From: Gemmatimonadota bacterium
GTDB taxonomy: Bacteria > Gemmatimonadota > Gemmatimonadetes > Gemmatimonadales > Gemmatimonadaceae
Reading direction: 5' to 3'
DNA length: 64,000 bases
Assembly (NCBI GenBank): GCA_040389905.1
Contig: JAZJZK010000020.1
Span: forward strand, 64,001 to 128,000
Below, one piece after another: positions 10,055 through 19,641 of the stretch (positions within the stretch are counted from its first letter, which is position 1; each line of letters opens with the position of its first letter). The notes under the pieces are model-generated. The model made no database searches, was not told where the DNA came from, and worked only from the letters and a program-made list of their open reading frames with translations. The position numbers were made by a program, and so were the translations under genes.

Positions 10055-11178
10055 GCCGAATTCCGGATCGCCGTCGCCTTGGTCACCTTGGGAAAGGTGT
10101 CGCGGTGGCGTTCGGGCTGCTGGCGATTCTCGCCTGCCGCGATCCCGAGCCGTACCGCATCGGGGTCGTGCTCACCGCGACCGGGAATCCAGGGGCAGTG
10201 CTGGCCACCGAGTTCATCAATCGGAACGGCGGAATTGGCGGAGTGCCCCTCGTGCTGGTGAACCTCGGCGATTCACCAACCGGCAGTGCTCCCCTCGCGC
10301 TCGATGCGGCAGAACGCCTGGTCGCCGATCCGCGGGTGCTCGCGGTGGTCGGACACTCGAACAGCAGCGCCAGTCTTGCGGCCTCGCAAGTGTACAATTC
10401 CCGGCACGTCGTGCAGATCGCCCCAACGAGCACGACACCGCTCTTCAACCGCGCCGGCCCCTGGAGCTTCCGGCTGGTCGCGAGCGATGAGTACCAGGCG
10501 CCCTTCATCGCCGCGGCGGTCGCTGCCGAACATCCCGACCGCGTCGCGGTGGTCTATGTCAACGACGTGTATGGTCGCTCGCTCAACAGCCTGCTGGCGC
10601 ACGAGTTGGAGAAGTCGAAGATCGCCGTGGTGGCAACCTTGCCCTACGTGGAAACCGAGTCGGCGAATCAATCCGATCTCGTGTCGTCGCTCGCGAAATA
10701 TCGACCGACGCTGCTGGTGTGGCTGGGACGAAGCGCGTATTTCGACGACATCACGGCGCCACTCGGAAAGGCGCTACCGGGACTTCGCGTGCTGGCCAGC
10801 GACGGCTTTGGCGGGCGAACCGCACGATTGGACTCGTCGGTCCTGGGAGAGGTTCGTCACGTCCGACTTGTCGACATGAATCGGGCCGACACCACCCTTC
10901 AGCGCGTTCGGCAGCTGTACCGGGAGAGGGAGAAGACCGAGATCAATGACGAAGCGGCGCTCTCGTATGACGCAGTTCTCCTGCTGGCGGAGGCCATCCG
11001 ACGCGTTGGCCCCGATCGGGCCCGCGTTCGGGAGTGGCTGTCGCACGTGGGACGGGATGCGCCGGCATACAACGGCATCACGGGGCCGATCGCTTTCGTG
11101 AACGGCGGCAGCCGGAAGGCACAATACTCCTGGGGTATCGCGCACGCCGCTTCTCCGGTGCCGCGGCGTGCGCCATGA
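10051..11178 (+). CDS. LivJ/LivK-like binding lipoprotein, copy 2 (probable CTG start at 10051; first GTG at 10105)
   Basis: Paralog of 7317-8459 (DPRVLAVVGHSNSSASLAASQVYNSRHVVQI), lipobox AILAC; AGGAGG at 10041 precedes an in-frame CTG that overlaps the upstream TGA. Confidence 0.85.
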   Translation: MSRIPDRRRLGHLGKGVAVAFGLLAILACRDPEPYRIGVVLTATGNPGAVLATEFINRNGGIGGVPLVLVNLGDSPTGSAPLALDAAERLVADPRVLAVVGHSNSSASLAASQVYNSRHVVQIAPTSTTPLFNRAGPWSFRLVASDEYQAPFIAAAVAAEHPDRVAVVYVNDVYGRSLNSLLAHELEKSKIAVVATLPYVETESANQSDLVSSLAKYRPTLLVWLGRSAYFDDITAPLGKALPGLRVLASDGFGGRTARLDSSVLGEVRHVRLVDMNRADTTLQRVRQLYREREKTEINDEAALSYDAVLLLAEAIRRVGPDRARVREWLSHVGRDAPAYNGITGPIAFVNGGSRKAQYSWGIAHAASPVPRRAP

Positions 11179-13208
11179 GGCGAGAGGGAACACCAAGTCT
11201 TCGCCGCACGTTGCGGGTGAGCGCCATCGCAGTCGTCGTCGTTGCGAGTGCCGCGACGCTCATGGCCTTGTACCTGACGCAGTCTGCAGGCGCCGAGATT
11301 GAAACGGACCGCAATGCGTTCGTGGACGAACAACGCATCGCCGACCACATCGTGGCGCTCACGTACCAACAGCAGCTCGAAGCGTTTCGCTATCTCCAGG
11401 ACCTGAAGGAGGAGCACCGACGCGCCTTCGACGTGCGCGGTGACTCGGCGGAGGCGGAGATGCAGCTCTACCTCTTCCAGCAACTCTCGCCTGCGGCGCG
11501 CCTCGAAGTGGAGCGCATGAAGGAGGCGCATCAGCAGTTCGAGGTCACGGCGCATCGCGTACTCGAACTGGCCGAGCGTGGCGAACGTGATGAGGCGCAG
11601 CGAAGAAATGCACAACTCGCGGGCGGGGCGGCCGTGCTCGATTCGTCTGTGACGGGCTTCCTGCTCGCCCGAATCGCGCAGCGCTCCGCGCTTCAGACCC
11701 GATATGCGGCGCTGACCGCGCGCGTACGGGTCTCACTCGCGCTCATGGGCGTCGCGCTCCTCGCTCTGGCCGGCATACTGTCTCGCCAACTCGAGCGTCG
11801 TGTCCTTGCGCCACTCAACCAACTCATTGCGGTCGCGAAGCAAATCAGCGGCGGCGACGCCAACGCGCGTGTTCCACCTCAGAAGTACGCCGAGCTCGAA
11901 CAGGTCGCGCTGTCCTTCAACGACATGGCCGCAAGCATCCATCGCGCGCGCGAGACGACGGAGACGCAAAACGATGAATTGCGTGAGTCACTCGACCAGC
12001 TGCATCGAGCACAGGGGGAACTGGTGCAGCGCGAGAAGCTCAGTGCCATGGGGCAGATGCTCGCTGGTCTTGCGCACGAACTGAATAACCCGCTCGCCAG
12101 CGTCCTTGGTATCGCGGAGTTGCTCCGGATCGAGATGAAGGCATCGAACGACAGCGCCACGCGACACCTTGGCGCCGAGCTGGCCGAACCCCTCGCTCGT
12201 GAGGCGGAGCGCGCGCGGGACCTTGTTCGCAACCTGTTGAGCTTCTCGCGGAAATCATCCGGCATGGCAGAGCCGGTGGCACTTTCTGCGGCCGTGCGAA
12301 TTGCGATGGGCCTCCGCGCGTCCGCGTTCACCCAGGCGGGAAAACGGCTCGAGATGGAAGTCCCCCCCACGCTGTACGTCATGGCGGACGTGCAGAAACT
12401 CGAGCACATCATCATCAACGTCGCCAACAATTCGCTCGATGCGATGTCGGCGGCATCGGGTACGGTACTTCGGATTTCCGCCACCCAGGACGGTGACGAT
12501 CGCGTTCGCCTCGTCCTCGAGGACGACGGGCCCGGCTTTGCCAATCCTGCTGCGGTGTTCGACGCGTTCTATACGACCAAACCGGCAGATCAAGGCACGG
12601 GACTCGGCCTCACACTCGTGCAGCAATTCGTTCACGAGTTCGGCGGGGAGGTCAGTGCGGAAAACCGTGAAGGCGGCGGCGCGCGTGTGGTGGTCCGCAT
12701 GCGCAGCGCGAAGCCGCCAGTGCAACCTGATCTCGCACCGGCCGTCAACCCCAGGATCGCGTCGGGGAGTCATCCTGTCATCCCAAGGCCTCAACCGCCA
12801 CGAACCACTGCTGTCCCGCGCGCTCCAGGACGAAGGCGCCGCATCCTCATCGTTGATGATGAGGCATCGCTGCGCGAGATCCAGCGCCGCCTTCTGTCGC
12901 AGGAAAACGTCGACGTCCTGCTCGCGTCCAATGCCGAGGAAGCACAGCAGACGCTGCTGACCGAGCCGGTGGACCTGGTCATCTCCGATCTTCGCATGCC
13001 GGGCCGAACGGATGGGAGAGGCCTGATGGCATGGATCGATGCGACGCTGCCGCACCTCACCCCTTATACGCTCGTGGTGTCCGGCGATACGCATGGAGCC
13101 CAAAACGGCGACCTTGAACTACCGTCGACCCGCGTCCTGAGCAAACCGTTTACCCGCGATGAGTACCTGTCGCGCGTCCGCGCGTTACTCAGCACGACAC
13201 GAGACTGA
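11175..13208 (+). CDS. Hybrid sensor histidine kinase (2 TM, HAMP, HisKA, HATPase, C-terminal receiver)
   Basis: LAHELNNPL H-box, GTGLGL, receiver ILIVDD...VISDLRMPG...SKPF; paralog of 8456-10054; ATGA overlap. Confidence 0.93.
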   Translation: MRREGTPSLRRTLRVSAIAVVVVASAATLMALYLTQSAGAEIETDRNAFVDEQRIADHIVALTYQQQLEAFRYLQDLKEEHRRAFDVRGDSAEAEMQLYLFQQLSPAARLEVERMKEAHQQFEVTAHRVLELAERGERDEAQRRNAQLAGGAAVLDSSVTGFLLARIAQRSALQTRYAALTARVRVSLALMGVALLALAGILSRQLERRVLAPLNQLIAVAKQISGGDANARVPPQKYAELEQVALSFNDMAASIHRARETTETQNDELRESLDQLHRAQGELVQREKLSAMGQMLAGLAHELNNPLASVLGIAELLRIEMKASNDSATRHLGAELAEPLAREAERARDLVRNLLSFSRKSSGMAEPVALSAAVRIAMGLRASAFTQAGKRLEMEVPPTLYVMADVQKLEHIIINVANNSLDAMSAASGTVLRISATQDGDDRVRLVLEDDGPGFANPAAVFDAFYTTKPADQGTGLGLTLVQQFVHEFGGEVSAENREGGGARVVVRMRSAKPPVQPDLAPAVNPRIASGSHPVIPRPQPPRTTAVPRAPGRRRRILIVDDEASLREIQRRLLSQENVDVLLASNAEEAQQTLLTEPVDLVISDLRMPGRTDGRGLMAWIDATLPHLTPYTLVVSGDTHGAQNGDLELPSTRVLSKPFTRDEYLSRVRALLSTTRD

Positions 13209-13216
13209 GCACGCAA

Positions 13217-14470
13217 TCACACGGGCGGCGCCGCCATCGCGAGCGGGATGTCGATCACGAACGTCGTGCCCTCTCCCGCAACGCCAGTCGACGACACGGT
13301 AATCGCACCGCCGTGCCCTTCCACGATCTCCTTCGCGATCAGCAACCCGAGCCCAGTACCACCTGCGGCGCGCGTCGCCTGCCCCGGGAGGCGGTGATAC
13401 TTGGCGAACAACGTCGGCAACTGCGTGGGCTCGATGCCCGCACCGGTATCACTCACGCTAATGCGCGCTCGCGCTCCGTCCGATTCGAGCGTTACCGTGA
13501 TCGTACCTTCGTCCGGCGTGTACTTGATGGCGTTCGACAGCAGGTTCTCCAGCGATTGTTCCAGCTTCGGGCCATCGGCATCGGCGAAGATCTCGCCCGC
13601 GGGGACATGCACGACGAGGTGCTGGCGTTTTACGCCCACCTGCGGCTCCGCGGTCGACGCGGCACGACGCACGATGACACACAGGTCCGTCATTTCGCGA
13701 TCGAGACGCAGATAACCGGCGTCGATCTTCGCAAAATCCAGATAATCCGTGATGAGGCGCAGCATCTTCTCGCCAGCCGTGGATGCAATTTCCACGAGTT
13801 GCGTCTGCTTCGGCGTCAGCGGCCCGCCCTTGCCGTCCATCAGCATCTTGGTGGCGACGCGCACGTTGCCTGCGGGGTTGCGGAGATCGTGCGTCACCAT
13901 CGAGTAAAAGTCGGCCTTCACGCGCTGCAACTGTTCGATCTCATCCAACGCCGCCTGGAGCTCGCTCACGCGCTCGGCGAGTGACCGCTGGCTCGCGCGC
14001 AGGGCAGCGCCGATCTCGTTCCGCCGGCGCTGATTGACGCACGCCGCCGAGTGGTAGCGCACGCGTGCGACCAACTCGACACGGTCCGGCAGCTTGACGA
14101 GATAGTCGCTTGCCCCGTTCGCGAACGCGTCGTGCTTCACGCGCGCATCTTCCTTGGTGGAGAGCACGATGATCGGCGTCTCCATCGTCGGGCCATTCGC
14201 GCGAAAGCGCTGGAGCAACTCGAGGCCATCGACGCCGGGCATGACGAGATCCTGGAGGATCACGGTCGGCGCGATGTCGTTGGCGATGTCCACAGCGAGC
14301 AGCGGGTCCGCGCAGTAGTGGAACGCCAGGTCGGGCTGGTCGGCGAGGAGACGCCGCACGGCCTCGCCGACGAAGGGTTGGTCGTCGATGAGGAGCACCA
14401 TGCCACCAAGCGGCGATGTTGCATCCGGCGGTGGCTCCGTCGCCACGTCCTTGTCAGCGAGTGGTTGCAT
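13217..14470 (-). CDS. WspR-type receiver fused to a histidine kinase (no GGDEF)
   Basis: VLLIDDQPFVGEAVRR...FHYC...PTVILQDLVMPGVDG is WspR-like; followed by a coiled coil, VTHDLRNP, NLLSNAIKYT, GGTGLGL. Confidence 0.9.
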   Translation of the reverse strand: MQPLADKDVATEPPPDATSPLGGMVLLIDDQPFVGEAVRRLLADQPDLAFHYCADPLLAVDIANDIAPTVILQDLVMPGVDGLELLQRFRANGPTMETPIIVLSTKEDARVKHDAFANGASDYLVKLPDRVELVARVRYHSAACVNQRRRNEIGAALRASQRSLAERVSELQAALDEIEQLQRVKADFYSMVTHDLRNPAGNVRVATKMLMDGKGGPLTPKQTQLVEIASTAGEKMLRLITDYLDFAKIDAGYLRLDREMTDLCVIVRRAASTAEPQVGVKRQHLVVHVPAGEIFADADGPKLEQSLENLLSNAIKYTPDEGTITVTLESDGARARISVSDTGAGIEPTQLPTLFAKYHRLPGQATRAAGGTGLGLLIAKEIVEGHGGAITVSSTGVAGEGTTFVIDIPLAMAAPPV

Positions 14471-15518
14471 TGACCGGTGGCGTGATGGCCGCTTGCGAGC
14501 CGGACGATCGTTCGGCGAGTCGCATCGATTGATTGAGGAAGGGACCGATTCGTTCCAACGCCAACACATCCGTCGCCGCGTTCGCCTCGGCGGCGGCACG
14601 CGGCATTCCATACACGGCGGACGTCTTCTCATCCTGCGCGATCGTGCGTGCGCCCGCAACACGCAGCTTGCCCAGTCCGATCGCGCCGTCCCGTCCCATC
14701 CCCGACAAGACCACGCCGATGACCGCGCCCCGCCAGTTGTTCGCGACACTTTCGAAGAGTACGTCGGCCGAGGGCCGGTACAACGCCGTCGCGGGCTCGC
14801 GTTCGTAGCCGAGCGTGCCGTTGGCGCGCAAGACGAGATGGAGGTCTCCCGCGGAGACGTAGACGTGACCGGCGAGCGGCCGGGTGCCCTCCTGCGCGAC
14901 CTGCACCGAGAACGATGCCTGGCTGTCGAACCAGTCCGCCATCGAGTCGACGAACTCGGCGTCGACGTGCTGTACCACCAACACGGCGGCCTGAAGATCG
15001 GCTGCGAGGTCGCGCAGCACGTGCGCGACGGCCGGCGGCCCCCCGGCGGAGGCGCCGATCACGATCAGGCCCGCCACGGGTGGGCCATCCATTTTCGTGG
15101 ATAGTCGAGGAGGGACGAAACGCGGAAGCCCCACCTGTCCTACGAGCTTGATCTTGTTCATCAGCGCTTTCGTCGACGCTTCGCCCGAGTCCGCGGCCAG
15201 CGTTGGCGTTGCCACGACGTCAACGGCTCCTGCACCGAGAGCGGCGAACACCTTGCTCGTGTTCCTCGACACGTCGCCGGTGACGACGAGGATGGCACAC
15301 GGCGTCGCCGACATGATCTGGCGAATGGCCTCGACGCCGTCCATGACCGGCATGAGGAGGTCCATGAGGACAACGTCCGGCGGGTCCTGCGCACACCGGC
15401 GTACCGCCTCCGCACCATCGCGCGCGATCCACGCCAGTGTATGGTCAGGTGCACCCGCCACCGCTCGACGCAGCACTTCCACCGCGACCGCGTCGTCGTT
15501 GACCACCGCGATCCTCAT
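14454..15518 (-). CDS. wspF: Chemotaxis methylesterase CheB/WspF
   Basis: Receiver (LMDLLMP) plus IGASAGG, VQH, YRPSAD, LSGMGRDG, YGMP. Confidence 0.92.
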   Translation of the reverse strand: MRIAVVNDDAVAVEVLRRAVAGAPDHTLAWIARDGAEAVRRCAQDPPDVVLMDLLMPVMDGVEAIRQIMSATPCAILVVTGDVSRNTSKVFAALGAGAVDVVATPTLAADSGEASTKALMNKIKLVGQVGLPRFVPPRLSTKMDGPPVAGLIVIGASAGGPPAVAHVLRDLAADLQAAVLVVQHVDAEFVDSMADWFDSQASFSVQVAQEGTRPLAGHVYVSAGDLHLVLRANGTLGYEREPATALYRPSADVLFESVANNWRGAVIGVVLSGMGRDGAIGLGKLRVAGARTIAQDEKTSAVYGMPRAAAEANAATDVLALERIGPFLNQSMRLAERSSGSQAAITPPVNATTR

Positions 15519-17731
15519 GTCGCACTCCCGATGAAGTCTTCGATCGCGCGAAGCATCGTTTCATCATAGAAGCTGCCCTTCGTGAGGTAGTAGTCGGCGC
15601 CCGCATCGAGTCCGCGCCGACGATCCTCATCACGATCCTTGTATGACACGATCATGACGGGTGTGTTCCGAAGCTGTGGATCGCCCTTGATGCGAGTCAC
15701 CAATTCGATGCCGTCCATGCGTGGCATGTCGACGTCCGTGACGACCAGGTCGTAATGCCCGGTGCGCACGGCGTTCCATGCGTCCATTCCATCCACAGCA
15801 ACGTCGACGGCGTAGCCCTTAGCTTCGATCATCTTTCGCTCGAGTTCGCGAACGGTGAGTGAATCATCCACTACCAGCACGCGCTTTCTGGCGCCGGAGT
15901 GCGTCGCGGGCTCAGCGCGCATCGGATCGAGCCGCCCACCCGCGACGAGATTCGCCGCGGACCGAAGGAGATCATCGACATCGAGCACGAGCGTCGGCGC
16001 GCCGTCCGGCAACAGCGCCGCACCGCCGACATCCTGCACCTTCCCGAGTCGGCTATCCATGCCGCGAAGTACAAGCTCCTGTTCGCCGATGAAGCGATCG
16101 ACCACGATGCCGAGCAGCGAGTCCTGCTCACCGACCACGACCACCGAGACGATCTCTTCGAGGCCCGGCGTCGCTCGGCCAAGAAGCTGATGCGCCCAGA
16201 TCAGGCCGACCTGTTGATTGTCGAGCGCGAAGTGCTGGCGCCCTTCAATGGACTCGATCTCGTCACGCGCCACACGAAGCAGGCGATGCACGCGGGCTAA
16301 CGGGAACGAGTATGTCTCGCCGGCAACCTCCACGACGAGTGCGCGCACCACGGAGAGCGTGAGCGGCAGCTGCAACTCGAATCGCGTTCCGCCCGTGGGT
16401 ACGGGAATGATGCGAACGTCTCCGCCGATCTCGCGCACTGCCGTGAAGACCGCATCGAGACCAACACCCCGACCTGAAATCGCGGTCACTTCGTCGCGCA
16501 ATGTAAAACCGGGGAGAAAGAGAAAGTGCGTCAATTCGAGGGCGCTCATCTCCGCCGCCGCATGGCGCTCCGCAAGCCCTCGCTGCACGACTCGCTCACG
16601 CACGGCTTCGAGATCGACGCCCTTGCCGTCGTCCTCGACGCTCACGAGCAGGCGCCCTCCCGCGTGCCGCGCCTCGACGCGCACCGTTCCGCGCGCCGGT
16701 TTGCCCCAACGCTCGCGCTGCACCGGCGTCTCGATCCCGTGGTCCACGGCGTTCCTGATCAAGTGGCCAAGCGGCGCCTCGAGCCGGCGCAAGACTTCAC
16801 GGTCAACAGGTGTGGCATCTCCAACCAGGACGACGCGCGCATCCTTGCCCAGCTCGCGCGCGGTGTCGCGCAGCATGCGCGGCATGCCGGCGACGCCCTC
16901 TCCAAAGGGCCGCATACGAGCATCGAGCACCCCCTCGTACACGTGCGAGACGATGTCAGACACGCGTTGGCCGATGGAATCGAGCTCGCTCGCGTGCTCG
17001 CGACGGAGTGCCACCGAGTCGAGGATCGTCCGGTGCAGCGAACCGAGCGCGCGCAGCGCGTCCTCGTTTCCCTGGTGCTGCGAAAGTGCGGAACGCAATT
17101 CGTCCAGTGCCCGTTCGACCGTGCGATCCGATCGCCGCGCTCGCGTATCGTTTCCGGTGTGCGAGAGCAGCACACGCGACGCGACCAGCGCTTCACCGGC
17201 CAGTGACAGCAGCCGTTCGGTATTGTCGATCGCGGCACTCGCGGGAAGCTCGCCAATCTCGAGGATCTGCATGGTCTCACGCGACCGCGCGGTCGATTTG
17301 CGCGGCGCAGGAGGCGGTGGGAGAGCTTCCACGACGGGAGCTGGGGCGCCGACACTCTTGAGCGACGCAATGACCGACGAGATCGCGGCCTGCGTCTTCG
17401 GGTTCTCGGCTGCACCCGGTTCCATCTGTGATGCGGCTGACAGTGCATCGACCGCCTGCAGCAGGACATCGACTCGCTCGCGCGTGAGCTCGATGCGGCC
17501 TTCCTGCGCACCGACGAAGCACTCTTCCAGCTCATGCGCCAGCCGGACGGCGCTGTCATGTCCGACAATCCGAGCGGCACCCTTGAGCGAGTGTGCGGCA
17601 CGCATCAACTCCTCGAGATGCTCAGCAGTGATGCCGTCCTCCAGCGCGATGAGGCCGTCGGTGAGCTTCGCGACCTGACTCTGCGCCTCGACGCGAAAGA
17701 GCTCCGCGAGGGAGAAGTCATCGATGCTCAT
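15515..17731 (-). CDS. wspE: CheA-CheY hybrid kinase WspE
   Basis: Hpt MRAAHSLKGAAR, HLIRNAVDHG, ISGRGVGLD, CheW domain, receiver VLVVDDSLTVRELE; ATG 17731 overlaps the wspD stop. Confidence 0.93.
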   Translation of the reverse strand: MSIDDFSLAELFRVEAQSQVAKLTDGLIALEDGITAEHLEELMRAAHSLKGAARIVGHDSAVRLAHELEECFVGAQEGRIELTRERVDVLLQAVDALSAASQMEPGAAENPKTQAAISSVIASLKSVGAPAPVVEALPPPPAPRKSTARSRETMQILEIGELPASAAIDNTERLLSLAGEALVASRVLLSHTGNDTRARRSDRTVERALDELRSALSQHQGNEDALRALGSLHRTILDSVALRREHASELDSIGQRVSDIVSHVYEGVLDARMRPFGEGVAGMPRMLRDTARELGKDARVVLVGDATPVDREVLRRLEAPLGHLIRNAVDHGIETPVQRERWGKPARGTVRVEARHAGGRLLVSVEDDGKGVDLEAVRERVVQRGLAERHAAAEMSALELTHFLFLPGFTLRDEVTAISGRGVGLDAVFTAVREIGGDVRIIPVPTGGTRFELQLPLTLSVVRALVVEVAGETYSFPLARVHRLLRVARDEIESIEGRQHFALDNQQVGLIWAHQLLGRATPGLEEIVSVVVVGEQDSLLGIVVDRFIGEQELVLRGMDSRLGKVQDVGGAALLPDGAPTLVLDVDDLLRSAANLVAGGRLDPMRAEPATHSGARKRVLVVDDSLTVRELERKMIEAKGYAVDVAVDGMDAWNAVRTGHYDLVVTDVDMPRMDGIELVTRIKGDPQLRNTPVMIVSYKDRDEDRRRGLDAGADYYLTKGSFYDETMLRAIEDFIGSAT

Positions 17732-18291
17732 GCGATTGCGGTCGACAAGGCATCGAGCACCTGTGTGGCGTCGAGGATGCCGACGGTGCGCCCGTCCACT
17801 TCGAGCATTGCCGTGGTGTAGGACGTTGGTGCCCGAGTGAGTGTCGGCGGTGCGGCCCGCAGCAGGGCGGGATCGTAGTGATGAACGCCCCATACCTCGT
17901 CGACCGTCATCGCCAGACGCCCGCGCGAATCACGCATCACGACCAGTCGCGGCGAGACCCGCCGGCCCGCATGCGCGCCCGTGTCGGCGTTTCGCTGAAT
18001 TCCCAGAAGCCCTGACAGCAGCACATGCACGATGAGATCGCCCCCGACATTCACGAGGCCTGCGCCACTCACACCGCGGCGGTGCGGCAGCGAATGGACC
18101 AACGAGGGCGCCTCCACCCGGTCGAGCGCAGCAGTCGGCAATCCCAGCCACTCGGTGCCGATACGAAAGACGAACACCGACGACATGGCAATGTCGTCCC
18201 GTGTCCTGGCGCGCGCGTAGTGCGCCGTCGCGGCATCGAGCGCCTCATCATCAAGTGGCCGGTCGCGCACCTGGTCGATCGCGTCCGTCAC
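17728..18291 (-). CDS. wspD: CheW-like adaptor WspD
   Basis: VFRIGTEWLGLP, HSLPHR, GLVNVGG; operon position. Confidence 0.85.
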   Translation of the reverse strand: MTDAIDQVRDRPLDDEALDAATAHYARARTRDDIAMSSVFVFRIGTEWLGLPTAALDRVEAPSLVHSLPHRRGVSGAGLVNVGGDLIVHVLLSGLLGIQRNADTGAHAGRRVSPRLVVMRDSRGRLAMTVDEVWGVHHYDPALLRAAPPTLTRAPTSYTTAMLEVDGRTVGILDATQVLDALSTAIA

Positions 18292-19641
18292 GCGGCGCCT
18301 CCGGCCTCGTCAGCGAGCCGTCGCCGCGCCCGCGCGCGCAACCGGCTCGCTGCGGTTGTCTCGCCGCGCCCGTCGAGCGTCGCGGCAAGGTGCAGCAGTG
18401 CATCCGTGTGCGACGGATCCAGGTACAGCGCGCGTCGATAGCACGTCTCGGCACGCGCGTCGTCAGCGAGCGCCGCGTACGTCGTCCCCATGATCGCCAG
18501 TAATTCGGCGCTCACGTCCTTGCCGCTGAGCGCGCCCTCGCCGAGTTGAATGGCGTCGGTGAGGCGGCCCGCATTCGCGAGCTGCGCTATTTCCGCGATC
18601 AGGGGTGTTTGTTCGTTTTGTCGCCCTGAGCGTAGCGAAGGGCCTGCACCTTCTGTTGTTGTCCGCTCGTTTTGTCGCGGTGGACGAACGCTCTTCCGCT
18701 CGTTTTGTCGCCCTGAGCGAAGGGCCCGCACTTTTCGCACGCCGTTTCTTGCGTGCAGGCCCTTCGCTACGCTCAGGGCGACAAAACGGGCGCGGTTCAG
18801 GGTGATTGACGATATCGCCCTCAGGCTGATACTGAAACAGAAAACTCCGCTCCGCCCCTGGCACCGGAAGAAACCCGGCGCGCCGCACGGCAAACGTATC
18901 GGCTGCGCCGACCACGAGCACGCCATTCTGCGCGAGCAGCGATGTCAACGTTGCGAGCACGCGCGCCTGCGTCGAGACATCGAAGTAGATGAGGAGATTG
19001 CGACAGAAGATGACGTCATACGCCGTTCGTGGCGGCGCGAACGCCGCATCGAGCAGATTACCTTGCACGATCCGCACGAGCGCACGCACTTCCTCGCGTA
19101 TCGCTCGCCCGCCTCCGGCGTCCGTGAAGAAACGGAACCAGTGGTCCTCCGTGCTGCGAAAGGCCGCACCGCGATACACCCCTTCGCGCGCACGACGAAC
19201 TGCTTCGCGGCTCAGGTCTACCGCGTCGATCGTCATGGCGGCAGCCGGGACGCCGGCGGCGAGCAGCGTCATCGCAATGGAGTACGGCTCCTCGCCGGTG
19301 GAGCACGGCGCGCTCAACACGCGGAGCGGCGCATCTGCCGTTGGACGCCCCTCGCCATGCGCCGCGCGCAGCGCGACGGCATCGAGCGCCTCTGGCTCCC
19401 GAAAGAAGTACGTTTCCGGAATGACCACTTCCTCTACGAGCTCCTGGACTTCCTCTCGATGAGAGTCGAGGTGCGCCTCGTACGCTGCCACGCTGTCGAT
19501 TCCGGCGATCTGCATTCTGCGGCGCACGGCGCGCTGCACGAGCGAACTCCCTACGGTCGTTGGGTCGAGGCCGATCCGCTCGTGCAGCATGCGCTCGATG
19601 CGGCCAGTTCCGTCGCGCGACGCGTCTGCGGTCGCGCTCAT
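18288..19641 (-). pseudogene. wspC: CheR-TPR methyltransferase WspC, split by a frameshift inside an inserted repeat cluster
   Basis: The CheR domain (ETYFFRE, APCSTGEEPYS, IFCRNLLIYF) is in the frame ending at 18463; the TPR domain (AETCYRRALYLDP) is in the frame ending at 18288. The frames join if the 5 nt missing from the repeat copy at 18701-18731 are restored. Confidence 0.85.
18614..18788. repeat. Cluster of REP-like palindromic units (family R1) inside wspC
   Basis: cgttttgtcgccctgagcgtagcgaagggcctgcac at 18614-18649, a partial copy near 18665, a 5-nt-shorter copy at 18701-18731, and an exact inverted copy at 18753-18788. Confidence 0.92.

Noticed and set aside
18614..18788. 36-nt repeats with intervening sequence as a possible CRISPR array
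   Set aside because: Copies are inverted, partial and irregularly spaced, are dispersed across the window, and no cas genes are present; this fits a REP-like family
18288..18926. Standalone TPR gene
   Set aside because: It is the displaced C-terminus of wspC; its apparent N-terminus is out-of-frame CheR and repeat sequence
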